NCBI GenBank assembly: GCA_035534955.1
Contig: DATLQV010000032.1
Span: 1,988 to 65,987 of the forward strand
DNA: 64,000 bases
Origin: Gaiellaceae bacterium
Lineage (GTDB): Bacteria; Actinomycetota; Thermoleophilia; Gaiellales; Gaiellaceae
Reading direction: 5' to 3'
This document shows positions 35,299-44,503 of the stretch, in pieces. The notes below the pieces were generated by a model. It worked only from the letters and a program-made list of their open reading frames with translations. It did not search any database and was not told the origin of the DNA. Made by a program: the position numbers and the translations under genes. Numbering within the stretch: position 1 is the first letter of the stretch; the number at the start of each line of letters is the position of its first letter.

Positions 35299-36722
35299 CG
35301 CGGTATGACGATGAGCGCGAATGCGGTGCTCCTCGATGTGCCGCGGACGGTGGCGGTGACGACAAAGCCTCCGGCGGTGTCGCCGGCGGTGAACAGCGGC
35401 GCCACGGCGATGCCGTTTGCGTTCGTCGCAACGCGCGCGACGCGGGTCCGATGCTTGTGCGGACGCTTGAAGGACCCGCTGGCGCCCTTGACGGGAGCCC
35501 TGAACACGACGACGGCGCCCTTGATGGGATTGCCGTGCACGTCGGTGACGGTGACGGCGAGTGGGACGTCGAAGCGCGAGCCGACGACGGTCGACGTGCC
35601 CGATGCCGCGCCGGTGCTGATCGCATACGGCGAGGACGCGAGGTTCGTCAGCGTGAATCCGAGCGGCTCCGCGCCCGCGGTGGACGCAGTGGCGCCGAAT
35701 GCGCCTGCAGTCTTGTCGGCGACGAGTGCAGGCGAGACCGCACGCCCGTCGGTGTCGGTGAGCGCGGTCGCCTGCGCGCCCCCGCCCAGGAAGCTCGCGC
35801 CTGCGCCGTTGTCGGCGGCGGCGATCGCGAAGGTGACCGTCGCCCCCTCGACCGGTTGCCCGGTCGCGTCGACGACCAGCGCCTGCAACCGGTCGCGATA
35901 GCTCGTGTCCACTCTTGCCGTCGGATCCTTCGGCGTCGAGTTCGAGAGCGTCATCGCGGCCGCGTGGTTGTCGAGCGCGAACATCGCCACGCTCGAGAGC
36001 CCGTCCGTCGACGCGGTGGCGGCGAACTTGCCCGGCACGCCGTTGGCGAGGAACGGCGGCGAGGTCGCGACGCCGTCGGCGTTCGTGACGGCGCTCGCCG
36101 GCCCGCCGCCGAGGAACGTCGCGCCCGCGCCGGTGGCACCTGGGAGGACGGCGAAGCTCACGGTGACGCCTTGCACACCGGCGCCGTTCGCATCGGTAAT
36201 CCGCACCTGCAGTGGCTGCGCGTACTGCGTGTTCACCACCGCCTCCGCCGTGCTCGATCCTTCCGGCGCGATCGCGGCGGGCAGACCGTTCGCGGTGTTG
36301 CTCAGGTCGATGCCGACGGTCCCGTAGTCTGAATGCGCGTCGACCGTGTACCCGCCGACGGTGAAGTTGGCGGTGAACGGCGGCGCGGTCGCCACTCCCT
36401 GGGAGTCCGTGCCGACGTAGGCCTCGCGCGATCCACTGCTGGCGAAGATGCCGCTCGCCCCGCTGCCGGGAGCGTCGAAGTTGACGGTGACGCCGGCGAG
36501 GTTCCCCGTGAGCGGGCAGCCGTTGGTGTTCGCGAGCGCAACTTGCAGGTTCTGCCCGAACTGTTTGCCGAGCTGCGCCTGCTGCCCACTGCCGCCCGCG
36601 AGCACGAGCTCGTTCGGTTGGTTCGACGTCGGACAGGCGTTCCCCGCCCCGCGCGCGCTGCCGCCCGCGACGGCGAGCACGACCGCCGCCATGACTGTGC
36701 CGAGAACGAGCACGCGCCTCAT
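35295..36722 (-). CDS. Secreted protein made of ~4 Ig-like (Big_1/invasin-type) repeats
   Basis: Signal peptide '[22 protein letters not shown]'. Recurring 'G..VTF......GA.F.....T.T(D)..G.A..P...A....G.....A' units. 4-nt overlaps with both ABC genes. Confidence 0.8.
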   Translation of the reverse strand: MRRVLVLGTVMAAVVLAVAGGSARGAGNACPTSNQPNELVLAGGSGQQAQLGKQFGQNLQVALANTNGCPLTGNLAGVTVNFDAPGSGASGIFASSGSREAYVGTDSQGVATAPPFTANFTVGGYTVDAHSDYGTVGIDLSNTANGLPAAIAPEGSSTAEAVVNTQYAQPLQVRITDANGAGVQGVTVSFAVLPGATGAGATFLGGGPASAVTNADGVATSPPFLANGVPGKFAATASTDGLSSVAMFALDNHAAAMTLSNSTPKDPTARVDTSYRDRLQALVVDATGQPVEGATVTFAIAAADNGAGASFLGGGAQATALTDTDGRAVSPALVADKTAGAFGATASTAGAEPLGFTLTNLASSPYAISTGAASGTSTVVGSRFDVPLAVTVTDVHGNPIKGAVVVFRAPVKGASGSFKRPHKHRTRVARVATNANGIAVAPLFTAGDTAGGFVVTATVRGTSRSTAFALIVIPR

Positions 36723-37408
36723 GTCGTTTCCTCCTTGCGGGTGTCCGAGACGACGCGGCCGTCGAGCAGCGTGATCCGGCGCGGGAAGCGGCCGGCGATC
36801 TCGTGGTCGTGCGTGATGACGACGATCGTGGCCCCGTCGGCGTTGAGCTCGTCGATCAACGCCATGATCCCGGCGCTCGTTGCGGAGTCGAGGTTGCCGG
36901 TCGGCTCGTCTGCGAGCACGATCGCCGGCCGCCCGACGAGGGCGCGTGCGATCGCGACACGCTGTCGCTCGCCGCCGGACAGCTGCGTCGGCCGGGAGTC
37001 CAGCCGATCGCCGAGCCCGACACGCATGAGCGCCTCTGCGGCGAGCGAGCGCCGCTCGTCGACGGACGGTCCGGCGTAGAGGAGCCCGTCGGCCACATTC
37101 TCGAGTGCGCTCGAGTGCTCCGACAGGAAGAACTGCTGGAAGACGAATCCAATTCGCGTCGCGCGCACCGCGGCGAGCTCTCGGTCCGACATCTCTGCGA
37201 CGTCGAGCCCCGTGATCGCGACGCGCCCGGAGGTCGGCCGGTCGAGCGTCCCCATTAGATGCAGGAGCGTCGACTTGCCCGAGCCCGACGGCCCGACGAT
37301 CGCAACGAGCTCGCCTGCGCGGACGACGAAGCTCACGCCCTGCAGCGCGTCCACGGGCGGATCGGATCCATACGACTTCGTCACGGTGTCGAGCTCGAGC
37401 GTCGTCAT
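36719..37408 (-). CDS. ABC transporter ATP-binding protein (MacB/LolD-type)
   Basis: Walker A 'GPSGSGKST', signature '[15 protein letters not shown]', Walker B '[12 protein letters not shown]'. Confidence 0.95.
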   Translation of the reverse strand: MTTLELDTVTKSYGSDPPVDALQGVSFVVRAGELVAIVGPSGSGKSTLLHLMGTLDRPTSGRVAITGLDVAEMSDRELAAVRATRIGFVFQQFFLSEHSSALENVADGLLYAGPSVDERRSLAAEALMRVGLGDRLDSRPTQLSGGERQRVAIARALVGRPAIVLADEPTGNLDSATSAGIMALIDELNADGATIVVITHDHEIAGRFPRRITLLDGRVVSDTRKEETT

Positions 37409-38802
37409 GACGCCGGCACCACGACGTGCTGGCCGGCAGTAAGACCCGAGCCGCTCACCTCGACCGTCCCGGCGGCGTCGTCGAACATCCCGACGCCGAC
37501 GCCGACGAGCTGGTGGACGCCAGTCGACTCGACTTCCTCCACCGCGTAGCCGCCGCTCGCGAGCGCGACTAGCGCGTTCACCGGCACGGCGAGGACGTTG
37601 CGCACGGTCGCCGTCGTGATCGACACGTCGACCGGCGCCTGATCGAGCCGTCCCGTCGCTGCCGCGCGATCGGGGGCGACATCCACCTCGATCGTCGGCG
37701 AGCCCGAACCGCCGCCGTTCTGGTCGGACGGCGTCGTCGCGACCGTGCCGACGTACGAGACGCGTCCAGGCGTCGTCGAGTTGTCGGGAAGCGTGATGAG
37801 CACCGGGTCACCGACCTTGATGCTCGATTGCTGCGACGCGTCGAGGGCGATCGTCACGACGCGACGAGTCGAGCTGATGCCCAGGACCGGCCCGGCTTGC
37901 ACCGGCGAGCCTTCGGTCGGAGTCACGCTCGTCACCCGCACCGCACCCGGCTCGAACACGACCGACCCGAGCGGCAACTGCCCGGTGGCCGGCAGGTGAT
38001 GCTGCGATTGGAACCGCTCGACCGCGATCGTCGTCGACGCTCCGAACACGTCGCTGCTCGGCGCGCCGTACCCCCGCAGGTCGCGGTTCAACTCGGCGAC
38101 GTCCGCGCCGGCCGACATCCCCGGCATGAACGCGCGCGACGCGGGCACGCCGCCGTACAAGAGGAACGCGGGCGCCGCGTTGATCGCGTACAGCGGCTGA
38201 CCGGCGCGAACGATCGCGCCAACCTTCGGCAGCATCGTGTACACCGCGTCCTGCCCGTAGGTCGCCGCCGACTCCTCGCCCTGGCTGAGCGTCGCGGATG
38301 CCGCCGAGAGCCCGCGCTGATCGGCCTGCACCTTTCCGGTGGCGGCGGTCACGTTCTGACGGTCGGCCGTGATCGCCTGGGCATCGGTCGCGCACGGACC
38401 GGTGCCGGTTTGCGCAGCGCTTCCGCCGCGGCAGTCGACCGCCACCTTGCGCATGTCGGCGTCCAGCGATCCCTGCGCCTGCGCGAGCGCGCGCTGGTCG
38501 TCGGCGAGCGTCTGCTGGGCAGATGCCACTGACTGCTGCGACTGCTCGAGACTGGACGGCGCCGTCCCGCTCGGAACCGACACGGTCGACGTACCGGCGT
38601 AGCCGAGCGTCGCGCTCACCTGCGTCTGCTGCGACAGGTCCATCCGCTTCACGGTCGCCACCGACGTGGCGGCCCCGTTGTCGGACACCCCGCTCGCAGC
38701 GGGCGAGCTGGACGCGAAGGGATCCGCGATCGCAACAGCCACTCCGGCAACGAGCAGCACCACCGCGCCTGCGGCCACCAGTCGCTTGCGCGCACGGGTC
38801 AT
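37405..38802 (-). CDS. Membrane-fusion/periplasmic-adaptor (HlyD/MacA-like) protein with embedded peptidoglycan-binding domain
   Basis: N-terminal TM '[18 protein letters not shown]', a coiled-coil stretch, and PG_binding-like '[20 protein letters not shown]'. ATG at 38802, trimmed from the track ORF. Confidence 0.8.
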   Translation of the reverse strand: MTRARKRLVAAGAVVLLVAGVAVAIADPFASSSPAASGVSDNGAATSVATVKRMDLSQQTQVSATLGYAGTSTVSVPSGTAPSSLEQSQQSVASAQQTLADDQRALAQAQGSLDADMRKVAVDCRGGSAAQTGTGPCATDAQAITADRQNVTAATGKVQADQRGLSAASATLSQGEESAATYGQDAVYTMLPKVGAIVRAGQPLYAINAAPAFLLYGGVPASRAFMPGMSAGADVAELNRDLRGYGAPSSDVFGASTTIAVERFQSQHHLPATGQLPLGSVVFEPGAVRVTSVTPTEGSPVQAGPVLGISSTRRVVTIALDASQQSSIKVGDPVLITLPDNSTTPGRVSYVGTVATTPSDQNGGGSGSPTIEVDVAPDRAAATGRLDQAPVDVSITTATVRNVLAVPVNALVALASGGYAVEEVESTGVHQLVGVGVGMFDDAAGTVEVSGSGLTAGQHVVVPAS

Positions 38803-38806
38803 CGGC

Positions 38807-39412
38807 TCACCCGCCCTTGAACGGCATGTACTTCTGGCAGGCCTGCTGGGCCTTTTGGAAGGTCGGGTTGTTCGGCTCGAGATCGCTGCCGGGATGGACC
38901 GAGATCCGGAGACCGCCGTTCGAGGGGTCGGGGAAGTCTTTGAGCCCGTGCGCACGCATGCAGGCCGAGAACACGAGCAGCTTCTGCTGCTGCTGCGCGA
39001 TCTGCGCCGGTGTCGGCCGGCCACCGTTCGGAAGCAGCTTGGAACAGGTCGCCTGGGCGGACCGGAACGCCGGCGAGCCCGGGTCGAGCCCCATGCCCGA
39101 GTTGATCGTGATCACTCCCTGGCTGTTCGGATCGGGATAGTTCGGGAGGCCGTGCTTGCGCATGCAGGCAGAGAACTTCTCTCCGTCGGCCGCGTTTCCG
39201 GTCCGCATCGAGAGCGAGAACTGGCCGTGCCCGCCGCCGGGCGGGCCGAACGGCTTCCCTCCCGAGCTGGAACCGCTCTGTGTCGTCGTCGTACCGCCGG
39301 TCGTGGAGGAGTCGGCGAGGTTCGCAACCCCGGGGGCCTTCCCGCCGCCGCCGCAGCCCGCAGCGAGGAGCCCAAGGGCGCCGACCACGACGATGAGGGC
39401 GATGCAGCGCAT
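38807..39412 (-). CDS. Two-repeat Cys lipoprotein of the same family (LpC)
   Basis: Lipobox 'LLAAGC'. 'CMRKHGLPNYPDP...ATC' and 'CMRAHGLKDFPDP...QAC'. Confidence 0.8.
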   Translation of the reverse strand: MRCIALIVVVGALGLLAAGCGGGGKAPGVANLADSSTTGGTTTTQSGSSSGGKPFGPPGGGHGQFSLSMRTGNAADGEKFSACMRKHGLPNYPDPNSQGVITINSGMGLDPGSPAFRSAQATCSKLLPNGGRPTPAQIAQQQQKLLVFSACMRAHGLKDFPDPSNGGLRISVHPGSDLEPNNPTFQKAQQACQKYMPFKGG

Positions 39413-39497
39413 GCCGAAGAGATAGCCGGGCCTCGGTTACGGCGGGGGAACAGAAGCTGTTACCTGCGCGTAACCCGGGCTGGGGCATCCTTTGCTG

Positions 39498-40157
39498 ATG
39501 CGGGTTCTCGTCGTCGAAGACCACAAGGAGCTCGCCGCCACGATCGCGGTCGGGTTGCGCCGCGAGGGAATGGCCGTCGACATCGCCTTCGACGGCGAGG
39601 ACGCGCTGCGTCACGCCGCCGGGGACAGCTACGAGGTGATCCTGCTCGACCGCGACATTCCCAAGATCCACGGCGACGACGTCTGCCGTGCGCTCGTTGC
39701 GCGCGGGTCGCGGTCGCGTGTGCTCATGTTGACCGCCTCCGACGCGATCGAAGACCGGGTGGACGGGCTCGGCCTCGGCGCCGACGACTACCTGCCGAAG
39801 CCGTTCGCATTCGCCGAGCTCGTCGCGCGCATCCGTGCACTTGCCCGCCGCGGCCAGGCCGGGCGCGCACCGACCCTCGCGCGCGGCGACCTCCGCCTCG
39901 ACACCGTGCAGCGGGTCGCGACGCGCGCCGGCCGCCGGCTCGAGCTGAGCAGCAAGGAGCTCGCCGTGCTCGAGCTCCTGCTCGCTGCCGGCGGCGCTCC
40001 GGTCCCGACACGCGAGCTGCTCGCCCGCGGCTGGGACGAGTACGTCGACCCCGACGGCAGCGTCGTCAAGGTCACGATCAGCCGGCTGCGGCGCAAGCTC
40101 GGCGACCCGCCGATGATCGAGACCGTCCCCCACACCGGTTACCGGATCAATCCGTGA
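39498..40157 (+). CDS. OmpR-family response regulator (RR1)
   Basis: 'MRVLVVEDHKEL', 'VILLDRDIPKIHGDD', 'LSSKELAVLELLL', 'TVPHTGYRI'. Confidence 0.95.
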   Translation: MRVLVVEDHKELAATIAVGLRREGMAVDIAFDGEDALRHAAGDSYEVILLDRDIPKIHGDDVCRALVARGSRSRVLMLTASDAIEDRVDGLGLGADDYLPKPFAFAELVARIRALARRGQAGRAPTLARGDLRLDTVQRVATRAGRRLELSSKELAVLELLLAAGGAPVPTRELLARGWDEYVDPDGSVVKVTISRLRRKLGDPPMIETVPHTGYRINP

Positions 40158-41329
40158 CGATCAGGCTTCGGCTCACGCTCATCTACGGCGGGCTCTTCCT
40201 CTGCTCGGCGGTGGCGTTGCTCGCCATCACCTACACGCTCGTCAACCACCAGTACACGAGCACGTTCTTCGTCAGCTCGGGGCGACAGGCACTGATCGCG
40301 AAGGCGTATCCCACCAAGCGTCTGCTCGGCGCCAGCCCTACGCCGAAAGGCTTCATAGTCCCGGTCGGCCCGAAGGCGTTCGCCACCAACTCGAAACTCG
40401 TGGTCGCCGCCGCGCAAGGGCAGTCGGACGCAGCCGTGCACAAGCTGTTCGTCGACTCCGCATTCGCGCTCGCCGTCATGACGGTTATCTCGCTCTGGCT
40501 CGGCTGGGTGATCGCCGGACGCGCATTGCGCCCGCTGCGGACGATCACCGAAACCGCGCGGGAGATCTCCGCGAGCAGCCTTCACCGCCGGCTCGACCTC
40601 GCCGGCCCCGACGACGAGCTCAGGCAGCTCGGAAACACCGTCGACGGACTGCTGGGCCGGCTCGAGACATCCTTCGAGGCGCAACGACAGTTCGTCGCCA
40701 ACGCATCGCACGAGCTGCGCACACCGCTCACGCTCGAGCGCACCCTGCTCGAGCTCGCATTGAGCGACCCGAATGCCAGCATCGAGTCCTACCGGCACAC
40801 GTGCGAGCAGCTTCTCGCCGTCGGCGAGCAGCAGGAGCGCCTGATCGAAGCGCTGCTCATGCTCTCGCGCAGCCAACGGGGTGTCGACAGCCATCAACCC
40901 GTCGATCTCGCCGCGATCGCTTCGGCCGCAGCAGCGGCGGTGGATCATGACGGCCTGGCATTCGACACTTCGATCGAGCCCGCGCACACGACCGGCAATC
41001 CGCGCCTGGTCGAGCGGCTCGTCGCCAACCTCGTCGGCAACGCGATCCGGCACAACGTCGAGAACGGAACCGTCAGCCTCGCGACCGAGACGCGCGGCGG
41101 TCGCGCGCTTCTCACGATCACGAACTCCGGACCGACGATTCCGCCGGCCGAGCTCTACCGGCTCTTCCAGCCGTTCCAACGTCTCGAGGGAAGCCGCACG
41201 AACAGTCACGGGCTCGGACTCGGCCTCTCGATCGTGCGTGCGGTCGCGGATGCGCACGACGCGACCATCGCTACGGACGCGCCGGACGACGGCGGCCTCC
41301 GTATCCAGGTCAGCTTCCCCAGCTCATGA
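40154..41329 (+). CDS. Sensor histidine kinase (HK1; 2 TM, HAMP, HisKA, HATPase_c)
   Basis: GTG at 40154 overlaps the RR1 stop (GTGA). 'ASHELRTPLTL', 'LVGNAIRHN', 'NSGPTI', 'HGLGLGLSIV'. The N-terminal 496 aa of the track ORF are rejected. Confidence 0.9.
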   Translation: MTIRLRLTLIYGGLFLCSAVALLAITYTLVNHQYTSTFFVSSGRQALIAKAYPTKRLLGASPTPKGFIVPVGPKAFATNSKLVVAAAQGQSDAAVHKLFVDSAFALAVMTVISLWLGWVIAGRALRPLRTITETAREISASSLHRRLDLAGPDDELRQLGNTVDGLLGRLETSFEAQRQFVANASHELRTPLTLERTLLELALSDPNASIESYRHTCEQLLAVGEQQERLIEALLMLSRSQRGVDSHQPVDLAAIASAAAAAVDHDGLAFDTSIEPAHTTGNPRLVERLVANLVGNAIRHNVENGTVSLATETRGGRALLTITNSGPTIPPAELYRLFQPFQRLEGSRTNSHGLGLGLSIVRAVADAHDATIATDAPDDGGLRIQVSFPSS

Positions 41330-41842
41330 GCCATTCGGATGGGTCCGCGCGTAGGCGTCGTACGCGGAGTTCGACGGCATGTACGGCGGCCGGTACTTCC
41401 CGCACGCCTGGTTCGCTGCCTGGAACCTCGGCGAGCCCTGGTTGATTCCGACAGTTGCGGGATCGGGGATGCGACCGCTGCTGTCCGGGTCGGGGAAGTT
41501 CGGCACGCCGTGGGCGCGCACGCACCGGGCATAGCTCAGCCCCTGAGCTTTCTCCTGCTGGAGCTGGGCCTGGTTCGGCGGCCGTCCGCCGTTCGGGAGC
41601 AGGTGTTGGCACGCCCGCTGAGCCGACTGGAACCGCGCGCTCGTCACACCGAGCCGCTCGACGCTCTCCTTGGGGATCGCGCCGCCGCTGCCGGGGTCGG
41701 GGAAGTTCGACACGCCGTTCGAGCGCATGCACTGGGAGAACGCGAGCGGCCCGCTCCCCTGCACCGACACCGAGGGATGTGCCCCGCACGCGGAGACCAA
41801 GAGGACGGTGGCTATGACGGCGACGACGGACGAGGCTCTCAT
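41324..41842 (-). CDS. Two-repeat Cys lipoprotein of the same family (LpD)
   Basis: Lipobox 'LLVSAC'. 'CMRSNGVSNFPDP...RAC' and 'CVRAHGVPNFPDP...QAC'. Its 3' end overlaps the HK1 3' end by 6 nt (convergent). Confidence 0.8.
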   Translation of the reverse strand: MRASSVVAVIATVLLVSACGAHPSVSVQGSGPLAFSQCMRSNGVSNFPDPGSGGAIPKESVERLGVTSARFQSAQRACQHLLPNGGRPPNQAQLQQEKAQGLSYARCVRAHGVPNFPDPDSSGRIPDPATVGINQGSPRFQAANQACGKYRPPYMPSNSAYDAYARTHPNGS

Positions 41843-42321
41843 GACACGCCGAGTGCCGTCTGCGCCTGTTGCTCGCAGGCAGTCTCCACCGTCTGGAACT
41901 GCGGCGAGTTCGGATCGATCCCCGAAGGCAAGGCCTGTTGTCCGAGATGCGTCGGATCGGGAAAGTCGGGATATCCGCGTGCGCGCAAGCACTCGGCGAC
42001 CTTCACGCCAAACTCGAGCTTCAGTTGCTGCTGCGCCGGCGTGGCGGTGCCGCCGCTCGAGAGCCGGCGGCGGCAGGCCTCGTCAGCAACGCTCGACGTC
42101 TGCTTCGAAACACCGGTATCGAACGGAGGGAACTTCCCCTGCGCGTCAGGGTCGGGAAAGCTCGGCACTCCATGTGAGCGCATGCAGCGCGCGAAGGCCA
42201 GCGCAGCGTTCGGCTGCGCCGACTGAGTCGAAGCACGCGGACTCGATGAGCCACCGCATGCGGAGACGAGCAACGACAGTGCCCCAACTGCGAGGGCGAG
42301 GAGCAGCAGGCGCGGATGCAT
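41839..42321 (-). CDS. Two-repeat Cys lipoprotein of the same family (LpE)
   Basis: Lipobox 'LLVSAC'. 'CMRSHGVPSFPDP...EAC' and 'CLRARGYPDFPDP...TAC'. ATGA overlap with LpD. Confidence 0.8.
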   Translation of the reverse strand: MHPRLLLLALAVGALSLLVSACGGSSSPRASTQSAQPNAALAFARCMRSHGVPSFPDPDAQGKFPPFDTGVSKQTSSVADEACRRRLSSGGTATPAQQQLKLEFGVKVAECLRARGYPDFPDPTHLGQQALPSGIDPNSPQFQTVETACEQQAQTALGVS

Positions 42322-42365
42322 GTTGTCGATGTTCGCTTGGCCCGATGACAGCGGCACGTGCCCGC

Positions 42366-42383
42366 GATGAAAAGCTGATGAAA
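42366..42383. promoter_or_regulatory. Direct repeat GATGAAA-N4-GATGAAA (11-nt period) between divergent LpE and RR2 genes; candidate OmpR-type binding site
   Basis: Read directly: 'cGATGAAAagctGATGAAAgcg'. Two further GATG(A/T) units lie at 42328 and 42344. Confidence 0.35.
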
Positions 42384-42418
42384 GCGACTTCCCGCAGGCC
42401 TGGAAGGACCGTGTTTGC

Positions 42419-43129
42419 GTGACACTGCGTCGTGTGACCGGCGATGACCGAACGGCAGCGTCGATCCTGGTCGTCGAGGACGACGAGCAGATCGCGGAGC
42501 TGATGCGCGATTTCCTCGAGGCGGAGGGCTTCCGCGTGCGGCATGCGGCCAGCGGGCGCGAGACGACCGAGCAGTTCGAGCGGGGTCGTCCCGACCTGGT
42601 GCTGCTGGATGTCATGCTGCCCGACGAGTCCGGCTTCGAGATCTGCCGTCGCCTGCGCCGTGACTCGACCGTGCCGGTGCTGTTCCTGAGCGCACGCGAC
42701 AGCGACGCCGACAAGATCCGGGGGCTCGGTCTCGGCGGTGACGACTACATCGTCAAGTCCGCCACACCGGCGGAGGTTGTCGCCCGCGTCAAGGCGGTCC
42801 TGCGACGCACGTCTCCGTCCGGCGGTCAGAGGTTGCACTTGGGCGGGCTGGAGGTCGACCTCGCCGCGCACGAGGTCAGCTGCGAGGGGCGGCAGATGGT
42901 GCTGACGGCACGCGAGTTCGAGCTGCTGCGCGTGCTCATCGAGCATCCGCGGCAGGTGTTCAGCCGCGACCAGCTGTTCGAGCTCGTCTGGGGCTCGTTC
43001 GGCGACCGCAGCGCAGTCGCCGGTTACATCGCCCGGCTCCGTCAGAAGCTCGAGCCCGACCCGGCGAGCCCGCGCTACATCGTCACCGTCTGGGGCGCCG
43101 GCTACCGGCTCGACCCGGGCAACAAATGA
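42419..43129 (+). CDS. OmpR-family response regulator (RR2)
   Basis: 'ILVVEDDEQIAEL', 'LVLLDVMLPDESG', 'LTAREFELLRVLI', 'VWGAGYRL'. Confidence 0.95.
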   Translation: MTLRRVTGDDRTAASILVVEDDEQIAELMRDFLEAEGFRVRHAASGRETTEQFERGRPDLVLLDVMLPDESGFEICRRLRRDSTVPVLFLSARDSDADKIRGLGLGGDDYIVKSATPAEVVARVKAVLRRTSPSGGQRLHLGGLEVDLAAHEVSCEGRQMVLTAREFELLRVLIEHPRQVFSRDQLFELVWGSFGDRSAVAGYIARLRQKLEPDPASPRYIVTVWGAGYRLDPGNK

Positions 43130-44475
43130 GACGAGCGCCGGTCCGCATCCGGACGTTTCTCCTCGGCACCGTGCTCGTGTTGCTGGTGCTGCCGACGCTG
43201 GCCGGTGGCGCAGGCTGGTTGATCGAACGCGACCACCAACGGGCGAGCATCCGTGAGCGGCTGAACGCCGCCGCTGCGTACCTCACCTCCCATCGCAGCG
43301 AGATACACGCGCCGGCAACCATCCACGGATTCGCGCGGCTGGTCGACCGGTTCGATCTGCTCGGGCAGCTGGTCATCATCGGGCCTTCCGAGAAGGCGGT
43401 GCTCTACGTCAGTCCGAGCCTCGAGCAGGGATTCCAAGGCAAGACGCCGCCCGGCCGGGACGATGACCGCCGGCTCTTGGAGGTCGGAACGACCAAATCG
43501 CGGGCGACTCTGGTCACCGACCTGTATTACCGGCCGGCCTCCAGCACCACAGCGCCGCTCGTCGCGCTCCTCAGCGGACTCATCGTCTTCCTCGCCGGGC
43601 TCGCGCTCGCGGTCTGGCTCGCCGGCCGCTGGATGGTCGCGCCGCTCGCCAGGCTCAGCGCCCAGGTCGACAAGGTCGCCGGCGGCGAGCTGACGATCGA
43701 TGTCCCACGCAGCCGGATCGGCGAGGTCGCGAACATCGCGCAGGCGGTCGAGGGCATGACAGACGCGCTCGGCGAGACCGCGAAACGACGAGCCGAAGCC
43801 GACGAGGCAAGACGGTTCCTCGTCACGAGCATCGCCCACGACCTGCGCACACCGCTGTTCGCGCTCCGCGGACATCTGCAGGCGATCGGCTCTCGGCTGG
43901 GCGACCCAGGCGTCCACCTCGAGCGCGCCGAAGCACGAGCAGACGCGCTCGAACGACTGATCGGCAACCTGTTCGCCTACACGCGCGACGACTACGCCCA
44001 GCCGGCGCCCCAACTCGAAGCGGCACCGGTGGCCGGCCTGCTCGGCGAGGTCGCGGTTGGCCTCGAGCATACGACCCGCCTCCGAGACAACACGTTCGAC
44101 TTCGACGGCGACCGGACGCTCGCCGTCATCGTCGACCGCGACCGGTTCAAACGCGCTCTCACCAACGTCCTCGACAACGCGCTTCACTACAGCCCGCCGG
44201 GCGCTCCGATCCACCTCAGCTGGGCGGCCGCCGGCGAATCGGTCGTCCAGATCACCGTCCGGGATCACGGACCGGGAATCGACCCCGACGTCCTCCCGCA
44301 CGTCTTCGAGCCCGGCATTCGCGGGACACCGGCAGCCGGCAGCGCCGACAACGGAGCCGGGCTCGGCCTCACGATCGCGAAACGCCTCCTCGAACACCAA
44401 CACGCCACCCTCACCGTCGACAACCAACAGACCGGAGGCGCAGTCATCATCCTCACGCTCCAGCGCGCGCTGTAG
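43126..44475 (+). CDS. Sensor histidine kinase (HK2)
   Basis: ATGA overlap with RR2. 'IAHDLRTPLFAL', 'VLDNALHYSP', 'DHGPGI', 'GAGLGLTIA'. Confidence 0.9.
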   Translation: MRRAPVRIRTFLLGTVLVLLVLPTLAGGAGWLIERDHQRASIRERLNAAAAYLTSHRSEIHAPATIHGFARLVDRFDLLGQLVIIGPSEKAVLYVSPSLEQGFQGKTPPGRDDDRRLLEVGTTKSRATLVTDLYYRPASSTTAPLVALLSGLIVFLAGLALAVWLAGRWMVAPLARLSAQVDKVAGGELTIDVPRSRIGEVANIAQAVEGMTDALGETAKRRAEADEARRFLVTSIAHDLRTPLFALRGHLQAIGSRLGDPGVHLERAEARADALERLIGNLFAYTRDDYAQPAPQLEAAPVAGLLGEVAVGLEHTTRLRDNTFDFDGDRTLAVIVDRDRFKRALTNVLDNALHYSPPGAPIHLSWAAAGESVVQITVRDHGPGIDPDVLPHVFEPGIRGTPAAGSADNGAGLGLTIAKRLLEHQHATLTVDNQQTGGAVIILTLQRAL

Positions 44476-44503
44476 ACCGACTCGCTGCGGTTAGGGTCCC
44501 GGA

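Noticed and set aside
38666-40153. N-terminal 496 aa of the 887-aa track ORF that ends as HK1
   Set aside because: This part overlaps LpC (antisense) and the RR1 gene in another frame and is Arg-rich junk. The kinase starts at GTG 40154, coupled to the RR1 stop.
32918-42321. Periodic recurrence of a ~40-nt similar DNA segment that could suggest a repeat array or CRISPR
   Set aside because: The recurrences are the coding sequence of the CMRxHG..FPDP motif in five paralogous lipoprotein genes. The spacing is irregular, there is no repeat-spacer structure, and there are no cas genes.
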